From: Candidatus Vogelbacteria bacterium
Lineage (GTDB): Bacteria; Patescibacteriota; Minisyncoccia; Phycocordibacterales; JACOZG01
Direction: 5' to 3'
DNA: 53,257 bases
NCBI GenBank assembly: GCA_016181465.1
Contig: JACOZG010000021.1
Coordinates: 1 to 53,257, forward strand
Shown: piece by piece, positions 39,791-48,927 of the stretch
How positions within the stretch are numbered: the first letter of the stretch is position 1
How the letters are laid out: every line of letters begins with the position of its first letter
Notes under the pieces: model-generated
Seen by the model: the letters and a program-made list of their open reading frames with translations, nothing else
The model's database searches: none
Told to the model about the DNA's origin: nothing
Translations under genes and position numbers: made by a program

Positions 39791-39853
39791 TGGAGCACTG
39801 TGAAGGATGTGGGAACTATGCTGGAGGGGGTTTACATCCCGGTTCTGGTATGA
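39791..39853 (+). repeat. Headless C-terminal tail repeat, copy 2
   Basis: WSTVKDVGTMLEGVYIPVLV*, followed by a terminator. Confidence 0.8.
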
Positions 39854-39908
39854 AAAACCCGCACCCTGTGAGTGTGCGGGTTCGCAAGGCGAACCATGCG
39901 GTCTAGGA

Positions 39909-40385
39909 TCAATTTTCGGATCTAGATAGAACCCGGATAATCTCGATCAAGCGGCTTTGCAAATCCTTGAAGTGTTCAATCTGCCAGTGTTGATAAAGGC
40001 CTAAGACTTGGCCAACGTTCATCGAGTCGGCGTCTACTTCAAGTCCTAAACCCTTAAAGTAGCCGCAGAAGAAATCACGCAATCTGACCCACTGCTTAGC
40101 TGCCTCGATACGATCAAGGGCATCACGGAAGCTAATCTTTCGACGCGCTGCTAATCTCGTCTCTAGACTAGTCAACTCTTCGACTCGCGCCATGATCTCC
40201 GGTTCATATCTGATAATGATCTGACCGATAGCCTCGTTAGTTCGTTCCAGAGTTTCCAAAAGTCTGATGGAAATCTCACCCTTTGCCCGGACGAACTTGC
40301 TTAATTCCTTTCTGTAGGTCCCCGGTAATTGAGAAACGATAGCCGGTAAGTTTTGCAACAGAATCTGGCGACTTGTTCTACTCAC
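39909..40385 (-). CDS. Orphan helical protein
   Basis: AAGGAGGT SD, translationally coupled to the upstream gene. Confidence 0.7.
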   Translation of the reverse strand: MSRTSRQILLQNLPAIVSQLPGTYRKELSKFVRAKGEISIRLLETLERTNEAIGQIIIRYEPEIMARVEELTSLETRLAARRKISFRDALDRIEAAKQWVRLRDFFCGYFKGLGLEVDADSMNVGQVLGLYQHWQIEHFKDLQSRLIEIIRVLSRSEN

Positions 40386-40801
40386 GGTTTCACCTCCTTA
40401 CTTTTAAGAATTTTCTCCTCCGTCTTCCACAAGAATGGAATGGAACTGAACTTAAGGGTTGTTAGAATCAACCATATCACAGCGTAAAGAGGGCAGAAGA
40501 TCGGACCTAAAATCAGAATCCAAAACCATTCGCCCCAATCGCTGCTTAACCCAATCGAAATGAAAAACCAGATCACGCCAATCACAATCAGTCCTCGCTC
40601 TGACGCGATTAGAAGTGTACACGCGTAAAGAACGATCAAAAACCAACCGGTGATTATAATTGGCGCACGGCCGGTATTCGTTTTTAGGGATGAAATGCCT
40701 TGACCGAGGATGACGAATAGACCACCTAACGCCCATAGTCCAAAAAAGTAAAGAACATACCTCAATTCCCACAGTAATTCCATCAGTTTGTCCATATCCA
40801 C
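40382..40801 (-). CDS. Orphan membrane protein
   Basis: About 4 TM segments; TTGACA-17-TAGCTT promoter. Confidence 0.7.
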   Translation of the reverse strand: MDMDKLMELLWELRYVLYFFGLWALGGLFVILGQGISSLKTNTGRAPIIITGWFLIVLYACTLLIASERGLIVIGVIWFFISIGLSSDWGEWFWILILGPIFCPLYAVIWLILTTLKFSSIPFLWKTEEKILKSKEVKP

Positions 40802-40949
40802 GAGTGTTTCCTTTCTTTTCCATTCTTCCCCTTGTTTACTGATTTTTAAAGATCTGAACCTTATTCAAGCTATTACTCATAGTATAGGTTGTCAATGGCC
40901 TGGGCCGGCAAGGGAAACTTAAGCATTATAATTGTGCATCGGGGATCGG

Positions 40950-41243
40950 TCAGACGTTCTCCACTCGTCGCCATTCGAACAATTTGGTAACTAGACCTTT
41001 TTGGTATTTATTAATCAAGTTTTCTTTCTTTTCCCGTCGCCATTTTTTGATTTGAATTTCTCTTTGGCGGGCTTCGGTTAATGTTGAATATTCCTCCAGA
41101 AATACGATTTTGAAATCCGGTTTGGATTTGGTGAACCTCGCGCCCCGTCTAGAGTTGTGGAAACCAACACGCTCTTCTGGATTCTCACTTATGCCAACAT
41201 ACAATTTGTTGGCGGAATTTTTAATCATGTAGACGAAGGGCAT
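40950..41243 (-). CDS. GIY-YIG nuclease, small UPF0213-like
   Basis: FVYMI..LYVGIS..R..H..ARQREIQIKKW. Confidence 0.9.
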   Translation of the reverse strand: MPFVYMIKNSANKLYVGISENPEERVGFHNSRRGARFTKSKPDFKIVFLEEYSTLTEARQREIQIKKWRREKKENLINKYQKGLVTKLFEWRRVENV

Positions 41244-41280
41244 GAATAAATTATCTCTCAATTTTCATTCAAGACAAATA

Positions 41281-41414
41281 GCCCCTCGACTCTCGCCTGC
41301 GGTGAGCGCAGTCGAACCGCTCGGGACATTCGCCTCGTTCGCACGACAAAAACTCGATCCCTTGGTTTTGGTCGAGTGGTTTACCATGAGCGAGTCCCGA
41401 GTTTATCGAGGGGC
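41281..41414. repeat. Long nested palindromic element between GIY-YIG and tmRNA
   Basis: GCCCCTCGA..CTCGGGAC..GTCCCGAG..TCGAGGGGC. Confidence 0.65.
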
Positions 41415-41422
41415 GAGTCGAA

Positions 41423-41801
41423 TGGAGATGCCGGGAATCGAACCCGGGTGCAAGGAGGAAACAAAGGTGAGTCTACCGATCTAGCCGATTTTGAATTTTG
41501 ACCGAGAACCGTCGAAAACGGCAAAATCGCTTCTCGGCGAGTCTCTTGAGTTTCGGTTACTTAGTGAGACGCTAAATTCCCTATCCCGAAGATTATGACA
41601 CCCGTTATCCCCTATCGGAAGTCAGGAAAACGGACGCCGGTTTAAGCGTAAGCGAAAACCGGAGCAAAAGCGCGGGCGAACCCGTCCTTTACTTTAGAGA
41701 ATAAGTTGGCACTTATTCGATGGCTCGTTAGATTAGCGAGTTACGAGCGCGCTCGACCGGCACACATTTTTTTAAACTCCTTGTCTAGGCCGATCATCCC
41801 C
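41423..41801 (-). ncRNA. ssrA: tmRNA
   Basis: 5' GGGGATG, 3' T-arm GGTTCGATTCC then CATCTCCA; tag ANLFSKVKDGFARAFAPVFAYA* (41710-41642); adjacent to smpB. Confidence 0.95.
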
Positions 41802-41828
41802 ATAAAATAGCTTGTAGCTGTTAGCTTC

Positions 41829-42272
41829 TTAGCTTTTCAAAGACCTCGCCATTTCGCGTTCGGTATCGCGCCGTTTAATCGCTTCCCGTTTATCATACTT
41901 CTTTTTGCCTCGGGCCAAAGCGATTTCTACCTTGATTCGCCGCCCCTGACTATACACCCTGACCGGGATGATTGTCAATCGTTTTTCGTTGCCGGCCGCG
42001 GCTAGTTTGACAATCTCTTTTTTGGTCAGGAGTAGCCGCCGCGTTCGGCGGGAATCATAATCAGCCGGCGTATTGGCCGACTGATAAGGCGCGATGTCGG
42101 CATTGACGAGGTAAACCTCTTGACCGCGGACAATCACATAAGCGCCGGCGAGGTTGACCCGTCCGGCTTTGATTGACTTAACCTCCAGCCCGATCAATTC
42201 CAGACCGGCTTCGAATTTATCCAGCAGTTCGTAACGGAAACCGGCCTGACGATTGTCCGCAAAAATCAGCAT
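41829..42272 (-). CDS. smpB: SsrA-binding protein
   Basis: EAGLELIGLEVKSI, GKKKYDKRE. Confidence 0.96.
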   Translation of the reverse strand: MLIFADNRQAGFRYELLDKFEAGLELIGLEVKSIKAGRVNLAGAYVIVRGQEVYLVNADIAPYQSANTPADYDSRRTRRLLLTKKEIVKLAAAGNEKRLTIIPVRVYSQGRRIKVEIALARGKKKYDKREAIKRRDTEREMARSLKS

Positions 42273-42330
42273 CCAGTTAATTCTAACACACTTCCTTTTT
42301 TGCCCAATTTCTGTATATTGATCAATAATT

Positions 42331-44229
42331 ATGGAATCGCCGCGTGGTAAAATCATCAACCAATTCAGCCGCCAGATCCTGGGGACGGTTTTTATCCTGA
42401 TGCTCCTCGTCAGTCTCTACGCTTTCTGGAGCGAAGAAGCGAACAAAACGTCGGAGATTTCGCTTTCGCAGTTGGCCGGCGAGATTAAGTCAGGCGCGGT
42501 CAAAGAAGTAACGGTGCAGGGCGACAGTTTAGAAATTAGCTACCAAGACGGGACGAACAGCCGATCACAGAAAGAAGTCGAAACATCGTTGTCCGAAACC
42601 CTGACTAATTACGGCGTTACCGCTGAAGAATTGAAGACCGTCAAACTCATGATTGAGAATCCCGGCGGCCTCGGCTTCTGGTTGCTCAATCTCCTACCCT
42701 TTGCCTTGCCGATTCTTCTCATCTTGTTCTTTGTCTGGATGATCTCGCGGCAAGTCCGGGGCGCCTCGATGCAGGCCTTTTCTTTCGGCCAATCCAAAGC
42801 CAGGATCATTGATCCCAATAACCAGCAGCAGAAAATCACTTTCAAGGATGTGGCCGGGGTCAAAGAAGCCAAGGAAGAACTGTTGGAGATCGTTGATTTC
42901 TTAAAAAATCCGAAAAAGTTTCTTGACATCGGGGCCAAAATCCCGAAAGGCGTGCTCTTGATGGGCGCGCCGGGGACGGGCAAAACTTTGTTGGCCCGAG
43001 CCGTGGCCGGCGAGGCCCAGGTGCCCTTCTTTTACCTCTCGGGTTCGGAATTCGTGGAAATGTTTGTCGGCGTCGGCGCCTCGCGCGTCCGCGATCTCTT
43101 CAAACTGGCGAAGAAGGCGGCGCCGTCAATCGTCTTCATTGACGAGATTGACGCCATCGGCCGGCACCGCGGTTCCGGGCTTGGCGGCGGCAACGACGAA
43201 CGGGAACAGACTCTGAACCAGATTTTGGTTGAGCTGGACGGTTTTGAACCGAATGAAAAATTAATCGTCATGGCGGCGACCAACCGGCCGGATGTGCTCG
43301 ATCCGGCCTTGCTCCGGCCCGGACGCTTTGATCGGCGAGTGGTGCTGGATAAGCCGGACATTAAGGACCGGGAAGAGATCCTGACGATTTACGCCAAGAA
43401 AAAACCCCTGGCCGAGGATGTCAATCTTCGCACCATCGCCGAACGGACCCCGGGCTTCTCCGGCGCCGATCTGGCCAATGTGATGAACGAGGCCGCGATT
43501 TTGGCGGCCCGCGAGAATCGTCAGCGCGTCAGCCAATACGACCTCATCCGGTCGGTGGAAAAGGTGATGCTGGGGCCCGAACGGCGAAGCCATATCCTCT
43601 CGGACAAAGAAAAGAAAATCACGGCTTACCACGAGATCGGCCACGCCCTTACGGCCTCGGTCCTGCCGCATTCTGACCCGGTGCATAAAGTCTCAATCAT
43701 TTCTCGCGGTCACGCCGCCGGCTACACCTTGAAGTTGCCGACCGAGGACCGGAAGCTTCAGTCGCGAAAAGAATTTTTGGACGATATCGCGGTTTCGCTG
43801 GCCGGCTACACGGCCGAGGAAATGATCTTCGGCGACATCACCACCGGCGCCGCGAGCGATATTGCCGTGGCTACAGCCCTCGCCCGCGATATGGTGACGA
43901 AGTACGGCATGAGCGACAAACTCGGTCCGGTGGCGCTTGACCTCGGCAGCCAGAAATTCTGGGGCGGTTACGGCACTTTGGCCGAGAAGTACTCATCCGA
44001 GGCCGTGTCAGCGGCGGTGGATCAAGAGGTAAGCCAAATAATGAACGAGGCTCGGGCGCGGGCCAAACAAATTTTGACTAACCAACGGGCGGCCCTTGAT
44101 GGTTTAGCCGCCGAACTGGTGCGTCTGGAAACGATCGAGCGCGAGGAGTTTGAAAAACTGCTGCTACTCCACGGCATCCAGCCGAAACTAAAGACCGAGG
44201 AGGCAAAGATCACGCCGCCGGGCATGTAG
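42331..44229 (+). CDS. ftsH: ATP-dependent zinc metalloprotease FtsH
   Basis: [25 protein letters not shown]. Confidence 0.97.
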   Translation: MESPRGKIINQFSRQILGTVFILMLLVSLYAFWSEEANKTSEISLSQLAGEIKSGAVKEVTVQGDSLEISYQDGTNSRSQKEVETSLSETLTNYGVTAEELKTVKLMIENPGGLGFWLLNLLPFALPILLILFFVWMISRQVRGASMQAFSFGQSKARIIDPNNQQQKITFKDVAGVKEAKEELLEIVDFLKNPKKFLDIGAKIPKGVLLMGAPGTGKTLLARAVAGEAQVPFFYLSGSEFVEMFVGVGASRVRDLFKLAKKAAPSIVFIDEIDAIGRHRGSGLGGGNDEREQTLNQILVELDGFEPNEKLIVMAATNRPDVLDPALLRPGRFDRRVVLDKPDIKDREEILTIYAKKKPLAEDVNLRTIAERTPGFSGADLANVMNEAAILAARENRQRVSQYDLIRSVEKVMLGPERRSHILSDKEKKITAYHEIGHALTASVLPHSDPVHKVSIISRGHAAGYTLKLPTEDRKLQSRKEFLDDIAVSLAGYTAEEMIFGDITTGAASDIAVATALARDMVTKYGMSDKLGPVALDLGSQKFWGGYGTLAEKYSSEAVSAAVDQEVSQIMNEARARAKQILTNQRAALDGLAAELVRLETIEREEFEKLLLLHGIQPKLKTEEAKITPPGM

Positions 44230-44291
44230 CTCAACGGCAGAGCAAGCGTCTTATACACGCTAGGTTCTTGGTTCAAATCCAAGCATGCCCA
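44220..44291 (+). tRNA. tRNA-Ile(TAT)
   Basis: GGGCATG/CATGCCC stem, AGCGT-CT TAT AC-ACGCT arm, TTCAAAT loop, A73. Confidence 0.9.
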
Positions 44292-44353
44292 TTGTTGTTT
44301 AATTTATGTTACAATTGAGAAATAGGGTTTATTAGAATTAGAAAAAATGAATT

Positions 44354-44740
44354 ATGAATAAAAACAAAACCATTGAGTGGATCTTGCGGATCGCCGTGGC
44401 CGGTGAATTCTTGGGCCACGGCGTTTTCGCTTTGCAAGGTAAAACGCAATGGGTCGGCTGGTTTGCCAATTTCGGCGTGAGTGACATCAATTTGGCGACG
44501 CAACTGTTATTTTTAGTCGGCGTAATGGATCTTCTCGTCGCCCTGATCGTTCTTATCAAACCGCTGAAACCGATACTGCTCTGGGCCGCGTTCTGGGGTT
44601 TCTGGACCGCGCTCGTCCGGCCGCTGGTCGGCGAGCCGATCTGGGACTTCATTGAGCGCTTCGCCAACTGGGGCGCGCCGCTCGCGCTGTACTATCTGTT
44701 GAAAAACAAAACCGCGGTTGACCAAACGCCGAATCATTAA
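44354..44740 (+). CDS. DoxX-like membrane protein
   Basis: LRIAVAGEFLGHG..WDFIERFANWGAPLAL. Confidence 0.75.
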   Translation: MNKNKTIEWILRIAVAGEFLGHGVFALQGKTQWVGWFANFGVSDINLATQLLFLVGVMDLLVALIVLIKPLKPILLWAAFWGFWTALVRPLVGEPIWDFIERFANWGAPLALYYLLKNKTAVDQTPNH

Positions 44741-44806
44741 ATCAATAAAAAAGGCGCCGTACCCGCTAGGTCGTGCGCCTTGCTGTCAACACTCGGTATT
44801 GATAGT

Positions 44807-45280
44807 TCACTTCAGATCGGCAATGGCGATCTTGAAATCCCGTTCGTTTTTGGACGAATAGATTTTCTTGGCCGTCTCAAACAGCTTGCAGGTTTCAGTA
44901 ACCTTATCTCTCGCTTGGGGACTCGGTTGCCGCCAGTTTTGAATGAGGCCGATAATCTTTTCAATCACAATCATCAGCACCCGCTCCTTGCCGCCAAAAT
45001 GGAAACTCTGACGCAAATCATCCGCCGCCTTCTCGGCCGCTTGCTTCTGGGCAAGGAGGTTGGCCGGCACGCCACGATCCTCGTGTTTGCCACAACCCAT
45101 CCCTTGCAATCGTTGATCCCACGCCATCACGATCTCATCGTGACCTTTTGGAATCTTCGTCGCCTTGATGAGATTCGCTATCGAGTTCAGCTCATCATAG
45201 CTATTCACTCGGGCGATCGCTTCCACCACCGTCTCGTGGAACGGCCGCAACTCGGTTTGCTCTGTCTGTTCTGTCGTCAT
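44807..45280 (-). CDS. Orphan helical protein
   Basis: AAGGAG SD, own promoter and terminator. Confidence 0.7.
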   Translation of the reverse strand: MTTEQTEQTELRPFHETVVEAIARVNSYDELNSIANLIKATKIPKGHDEIVMAWDQRLQGMGCGKHEDRGVPANLLAQKQAAEKAADDLRQSFHFGGKERVLMIVIEKIIGLIQNWRQPSPQARDKVTETCKLFETAKKIYSSKNERDFKIAIADLK

Positions 45281-45549
45281 CTGGTTTTCTCCTTTCAAGG
45301 AATGCCGCCGCCCTGCCTACCGGCAGGCAGGCGTCAGGCAGGGCTCACTACGGCCGATTTCAAAGATCAAGCGACACATTGCCGCTTTCCGAGTTTATTA
45401 CTACAGGAAGGTCGGGGTCTTGTCAATCTTGCAAATTTTATCAAGACGAATTGTTAGACACCGAGTGTTTAACAACTGCTGGAATTACCGAAGTGTCCGG
45501 CAAGCACATTGTTTGACATCAACTAACTATGGGCAGTAAGATAGAGGAT

Positions 45550-45963
45550 ATGAAAACGTTTCTGGCCACAATCCTTCTCATCGGTTTCGTTAGTTTGGCG
45601 GTTTTTGGTTTTGCGGAAATGACGATGTCGAACGGGCACAGTAATCTTACTCATAAAACTTGTCTGGCCTCGGCGGTGCAAAACACCGACTGCCCGAATG
45701 AGTTCGGCAATTTCGGCTCGGCTTTTTTCCACATCGCGGCGTTCAAATTCTTCTCGACCCTGACTTTAGAAACCATGCTTTGGCTTCTGGCCATTCTGGC
45801 GCTCGTGGCGACAATCTTCCGGCGCCGCGCTCTCACCTCCCGCCAGCTTCAACTTTCAATTTCCAATTTCCAATCTCTAATCTCTAATCTCTCACCTCTC
45901 ACTTCCCACCTCCAACTTCTACGCCGTTGGCTGGCGCTTAAAGAATTGAGCCCGACTCGCTAA
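45550..45963 (+). CDS. Membrane protein, first gene of the metal/thiol cluster
   Basis: TM, H/C-rich loop, TM, ending WLALKELSP. Confidence 0.7.
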   Translation: MKTFLATILLIGFVSLAVFGFAEMTMSNGHSNLTHKTCLASAVQNTDCPNEFGNFGSAFFHIAAFKFFSTLTLETMLWLLAILALVATIFRRRALTSRQLQLSISNFQSLISNLSPLTSHLQLLRRWLALKELSPTR

Positions 45964-46014
45964 TTTTCTCTACCCCGTCACCTCGGGGATTATCAGAAAA
46001 TTAAGCGAATCGTA

Positions 46015-46515
46015 ATGAACTCAAAAACCTTATTTAGTTTAATCGTCATCATTCTCGTGCTCGTCGGGCTCACGGCTTGGTCTAGACAGAGCGCTCCTTC
46101 AAACAATAGTCAAAATAGCAAACAGGGCAAAGCTGAACTTGCCGCCGCCGAAACCAGTTTTGACTTCGGCGCGATCAAGATTAACGGCGGTCTAGTCAGC
46201 CACGGCTTCGCCGTCAGAAACAGCGGCGCGGCGCCGCTCGCAATCAAAAAAATCTACACTTCCTGCATGTGCACCACGGCGGTCTGGACCGGCCCGGACG
46301 GCCAGACGGCCGGGCCTTTCGGCATGCCCGGCCACGGTTCAATACCGACCATCAACGAAATACTCGCTCCCGATCAGGAAGCGACGGTGGCCGTCACTTT
46401 TGATCCGGCGGCCCACGGACCGTCCGGCATCGGCCGAGTCGAGCGCTTGATCTATCTGGAAACTGACGACGCCGAACCGTTAATTCTTAAATTCACCGTC
46501 AATGTCACGCCGTGA
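46015..46515 (+). CDS. DUF1573-like Ig-fold protein
   Basis: FDFG.I..TSCMCT..FDPAAHGP. Confidence 0.8.
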   Translation: MNSKTLFSLIVIILVLVGLTAWSRQSAPSNNSQNSKQGKAELAAAETSFDFGAIKINGGLVSHGFAVRNSGAAPLAIKKIYTSCMCTTAVWTGPDGQTAGPFGMPGHGSIPTINEILAPDQEATVAVTFDPAAHGPSGIGRVERLIYLETDDAEPLILKFTVNVTP

Positions 46516-47135
46516 TAAATTCTTTTGGCTTCTGGCTGTCGGCGCTGGCCTCATCGCGATCGCCATCTTTTTCCGCTACAACCAGAGCGCCGCCGGACTC
46601 CTCTGGAACTGGAGCCAGGGCGGCGTTTGGCTCCTGCCGCTCGTCCTGGTCGCGGCGCTCGTCGACAGCATCAATCCCTGCGCTTTCTCCATCCTCTTGA
46701 TCACCATCGCTTTTCTCGTCAGTCTCGGCCGGACCAGAGGAAAAATTGCCGCGATCGGCGCCAGCTACATTGCCGGCATTTTCGTCGTCTATCTCCTGAT
46801 TGGTCTCGGCATCCTAAAAACTCTCCATCTCTTCAACACGCCGCACTTCATGGCCAAGGCCGGCGCCTGGGCGATCATCGCCTTCGGGCTGATCGGGCTC
46901 ATCAATCATTTCTTCCCCCGCTTTCCGTTGAAACTCAAAATTCCCCAATCAGCTCACGGCTGGATGGCGAAATTGATGGAACAGAGTTCGTTGCCGGCGG
47001 CTTTCACGCTCGGGGCCCTCGTCGGCGTCTGCGAATTTCCCTGCACCGGCGGGCCGTATCTCCTTGTCCTCGGCCTCTTGCACGACCAAAATCCTGGCGG
47101 CAGTCGCGCTCGGCCTGATTATTCTTAGTCTTTAA
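46502..47135 (+). pseudogene. CcdA/DsbD-like thiol-disulfide membrane protein with a C-terminal deletion and frameshift
   Basis: DSINPCAF and EFPCTGGPY; the last helix ILAAVALGLIILSL* is in the +1 frame. Confidence 0.7.
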
Positions 47136-47142
47136 TCACCAG

Positions 47143-47658
47143 ATGAACACAAACGTCGTTGGAAAAAATGAAATTGATATTCAGGAACTGATCAAGCGAG
47201 TGGAAAAAATGAAGCAATCCGGCACGGCCGATCTCTCAACCGAAGAAGATCTGTCTATCGCCATAATGAACTTAATCAGTCTGGAAGAACATTTCTTTTT
47301 CACCGCCGCTAAAACCGGCAAACCGGATTACTTTGATCTGCTCGGCCGCACCCGCGCCATTCGCAAAAAACTCTTGGCCAAACTGCTGGACAAAAACGAA
47401 GGCGAAACTTGGTGCATCGGCAAACACCTCTTGGCCACCACCATGCGCCTGATGGAAGTCGGCACCAAACTTTGGAGCGACAACAGACGCTCGGAAGCCG
47501 AGGCGGTCTTCGGGCAGGCCGAGGAAACCTACGCTCTCTTCTGGGCCGTGCGCTTGAAAGTGGTCGACGCCGCGGCCTTCAAGACAATGGCGGCGGCGGA
47601 ACAGCCCTGGACCCTGAAAGATATCGTTAACAAATTAGTTGATTGCTGTGATGAGTAA
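47143..47658 (+). CDS. Hypothetical protein ending in CCDE
   Basis: EEHFFF, WCIGKH, DCCDE. Confidence 0.75.
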   Translation: MNTNVVGKNEIDIQELIKRVEKMKQSGTADLSTEEDLSIAIMNLISLEEHFFFTAAKTGKPDYFDLLGRTRAIRKKLLAKLLDKNEGETWCIGKHLLATTMRLMEVGTKLWSDNRRSEAEAVFGQAEETYALFWAVRLKVVDAAAFKTMAAAEQPWTLKDIVNKLVDCCDE

Positions 47659-48025
47659 AAAAATTTTACTGCTTTTCGTTGTAATTTTGAGCTTTGCGCT
47701 TTTAGCTTTACGTTTGGCATCTCGAGAGGGCCAGGACGCGGCCGCGCTCGCCGATTTCGCTCAATGCTTGGCCGCGCGCGGCGCCGTGATGTATGGCGCC
47801 AACTGGTGCCCGCACTGCCAGGAGGAAAAGACGGCCTTCGGCGCCGCCTTCCGGTTCATCAATTATGTCGAATGTCCGGATGAACCAAAGCGGTGCCTCG
47901 CGGCCGGAATCGAGAATTATCCGACCTGGATTTTTTCGGACGGCCGGAAGTTTGTCGGCCGGCAAGGTCTGGAACGGTTGGCCGAAGCCAGTGGTTGCAT
48001 TTTACCAACCCCGCTTGAATCATGA
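47651..48025 (+). CDS. Exported thioredoxin-like protein
   Basis: MYGANWCPHC, YPTW. Confidence 0.85.
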   Translation: MSKKILLLFVVILSFALLALRLASREGQDAAALADFAQCLAARGAVMYGANWCPHCQEEKTAFGAAFRFINYVECPDEPKRCLAAGIENYPTWIFSDGRKFVGRQGLERLAEASGCILPTPLES

Positions 48026-48921
48026 CGATCAATTGGTCCAGACTGAACGCCGGCAGTCTCAAAAAAATCGGCCGGACGCCGCTCGTCCGAATCGGTCAGA
48101 TCTTGGCTAAATTAGAATCCGCAAATCCCACCGGCAGCATCAAAGACCGCATTGCCCTGGCGATGATCGCCGGCGCAGAACAAGAAGGCAAACTCAGGCC
48201 GGGCGACACCATTATTGAACCAACGAGCGGCAACACCGGTATCGCTCTCGCTTTCATCGCCATGGTCAAACATTATCACCTCACCGTGGTCATGCCGGAA
48301 CATATGAGCGAGGAGCGCAAAACGATTATTCGCCGGCTGGGCGGCGCTTTGGTCCTGACACCGCGCTCGCTTGGTTTCCCCGAGGCCGTGCGCTTAGCCC
48401 GTCAATTGGCCAGACGACCGCACTGCTTTATGCCCAACCAGTTCGCCAATCCCCATAATCTGAAAGCCCAAGAAGCCACGGGACGGGAAATCCTCGCGGC
48501 CCGACCGGAAACGGAAATTGACGCCGTGGTCGCCGGTGTCGGCACCGGCGGGACGCTGATGGGCATCGCGCGGGCAATTAAAGAGCGCTGTCCTAAAGCA
48601 AAGGTGTTCGCGGTTGAACCGGCGGAGGCACCGATTATTTCGCAAGGCCGCCGGGCCACCGTCAACGAGCATCAGATTCAGGGCATTGGCGATGGATTTA
48701 TTCCTGATCTGCTGGACTTAAAACAAGTTGACGATTGCCTGACTGTCGGGAGTCAAGAAGCCATTGCCCGAGCGCGGCGGCTCCAGGAGGAAAACGGCCT
48801 CGATGTCGGCGTCAGTTCCGGCGCCAACATCGCCGCCGCCGAGCGTCTGGCCAAACATTTCCGCACCATTGTCACGGTCCTGCCTGATGGCGGCGAGAAA
48901 TATCGCAGTCTAGGATTATAA
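48022..48921 (+). CDS. cysK: Cysteine synthase
   Basis: NPTGSIKDR, PTSGNTG, GVGTGGT, IQGIG. Confidence 0.92.
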   Translation: MTINWSRLNAGSLKKIGRTPLVRIGQILAKLESANPTGSIKDRIALAMIAGAEQEGKLRPGDTIIEPTSGNTGIALAFIAMVKHYHLTVVMPEHMSEERKTIIRRLGGALVLTPRSLGFPEAVRLARQLARRPHCFMPNQFANPHNLKAQEATGREILAARPETEIDAVVAGVGTGGTLMGIARAIKERCPKAKVFAVEPAEAPIISQGRRATVNEHQIQGIGDGFIPDLLDLKQVDDCLTVGSQEAIARARRLQEENGLDVGVSSGANIAAAERLAKHFRTIVTVLPDGGEKYRSLGL

Positions 48922-48927
48922 GGTAAA

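Noticed and set aside
36925..41440. Prophage or classical integron
   Set aside because: No structural phage genes, no IntI and no canonical attC GTTRRRY ends recognised.
44780..45457. 225-aa plus-strand ORF
   Set aside because: Antisense to a gene with clear SD and promoter, and it translates a palindrome (LPAGRRQAG).
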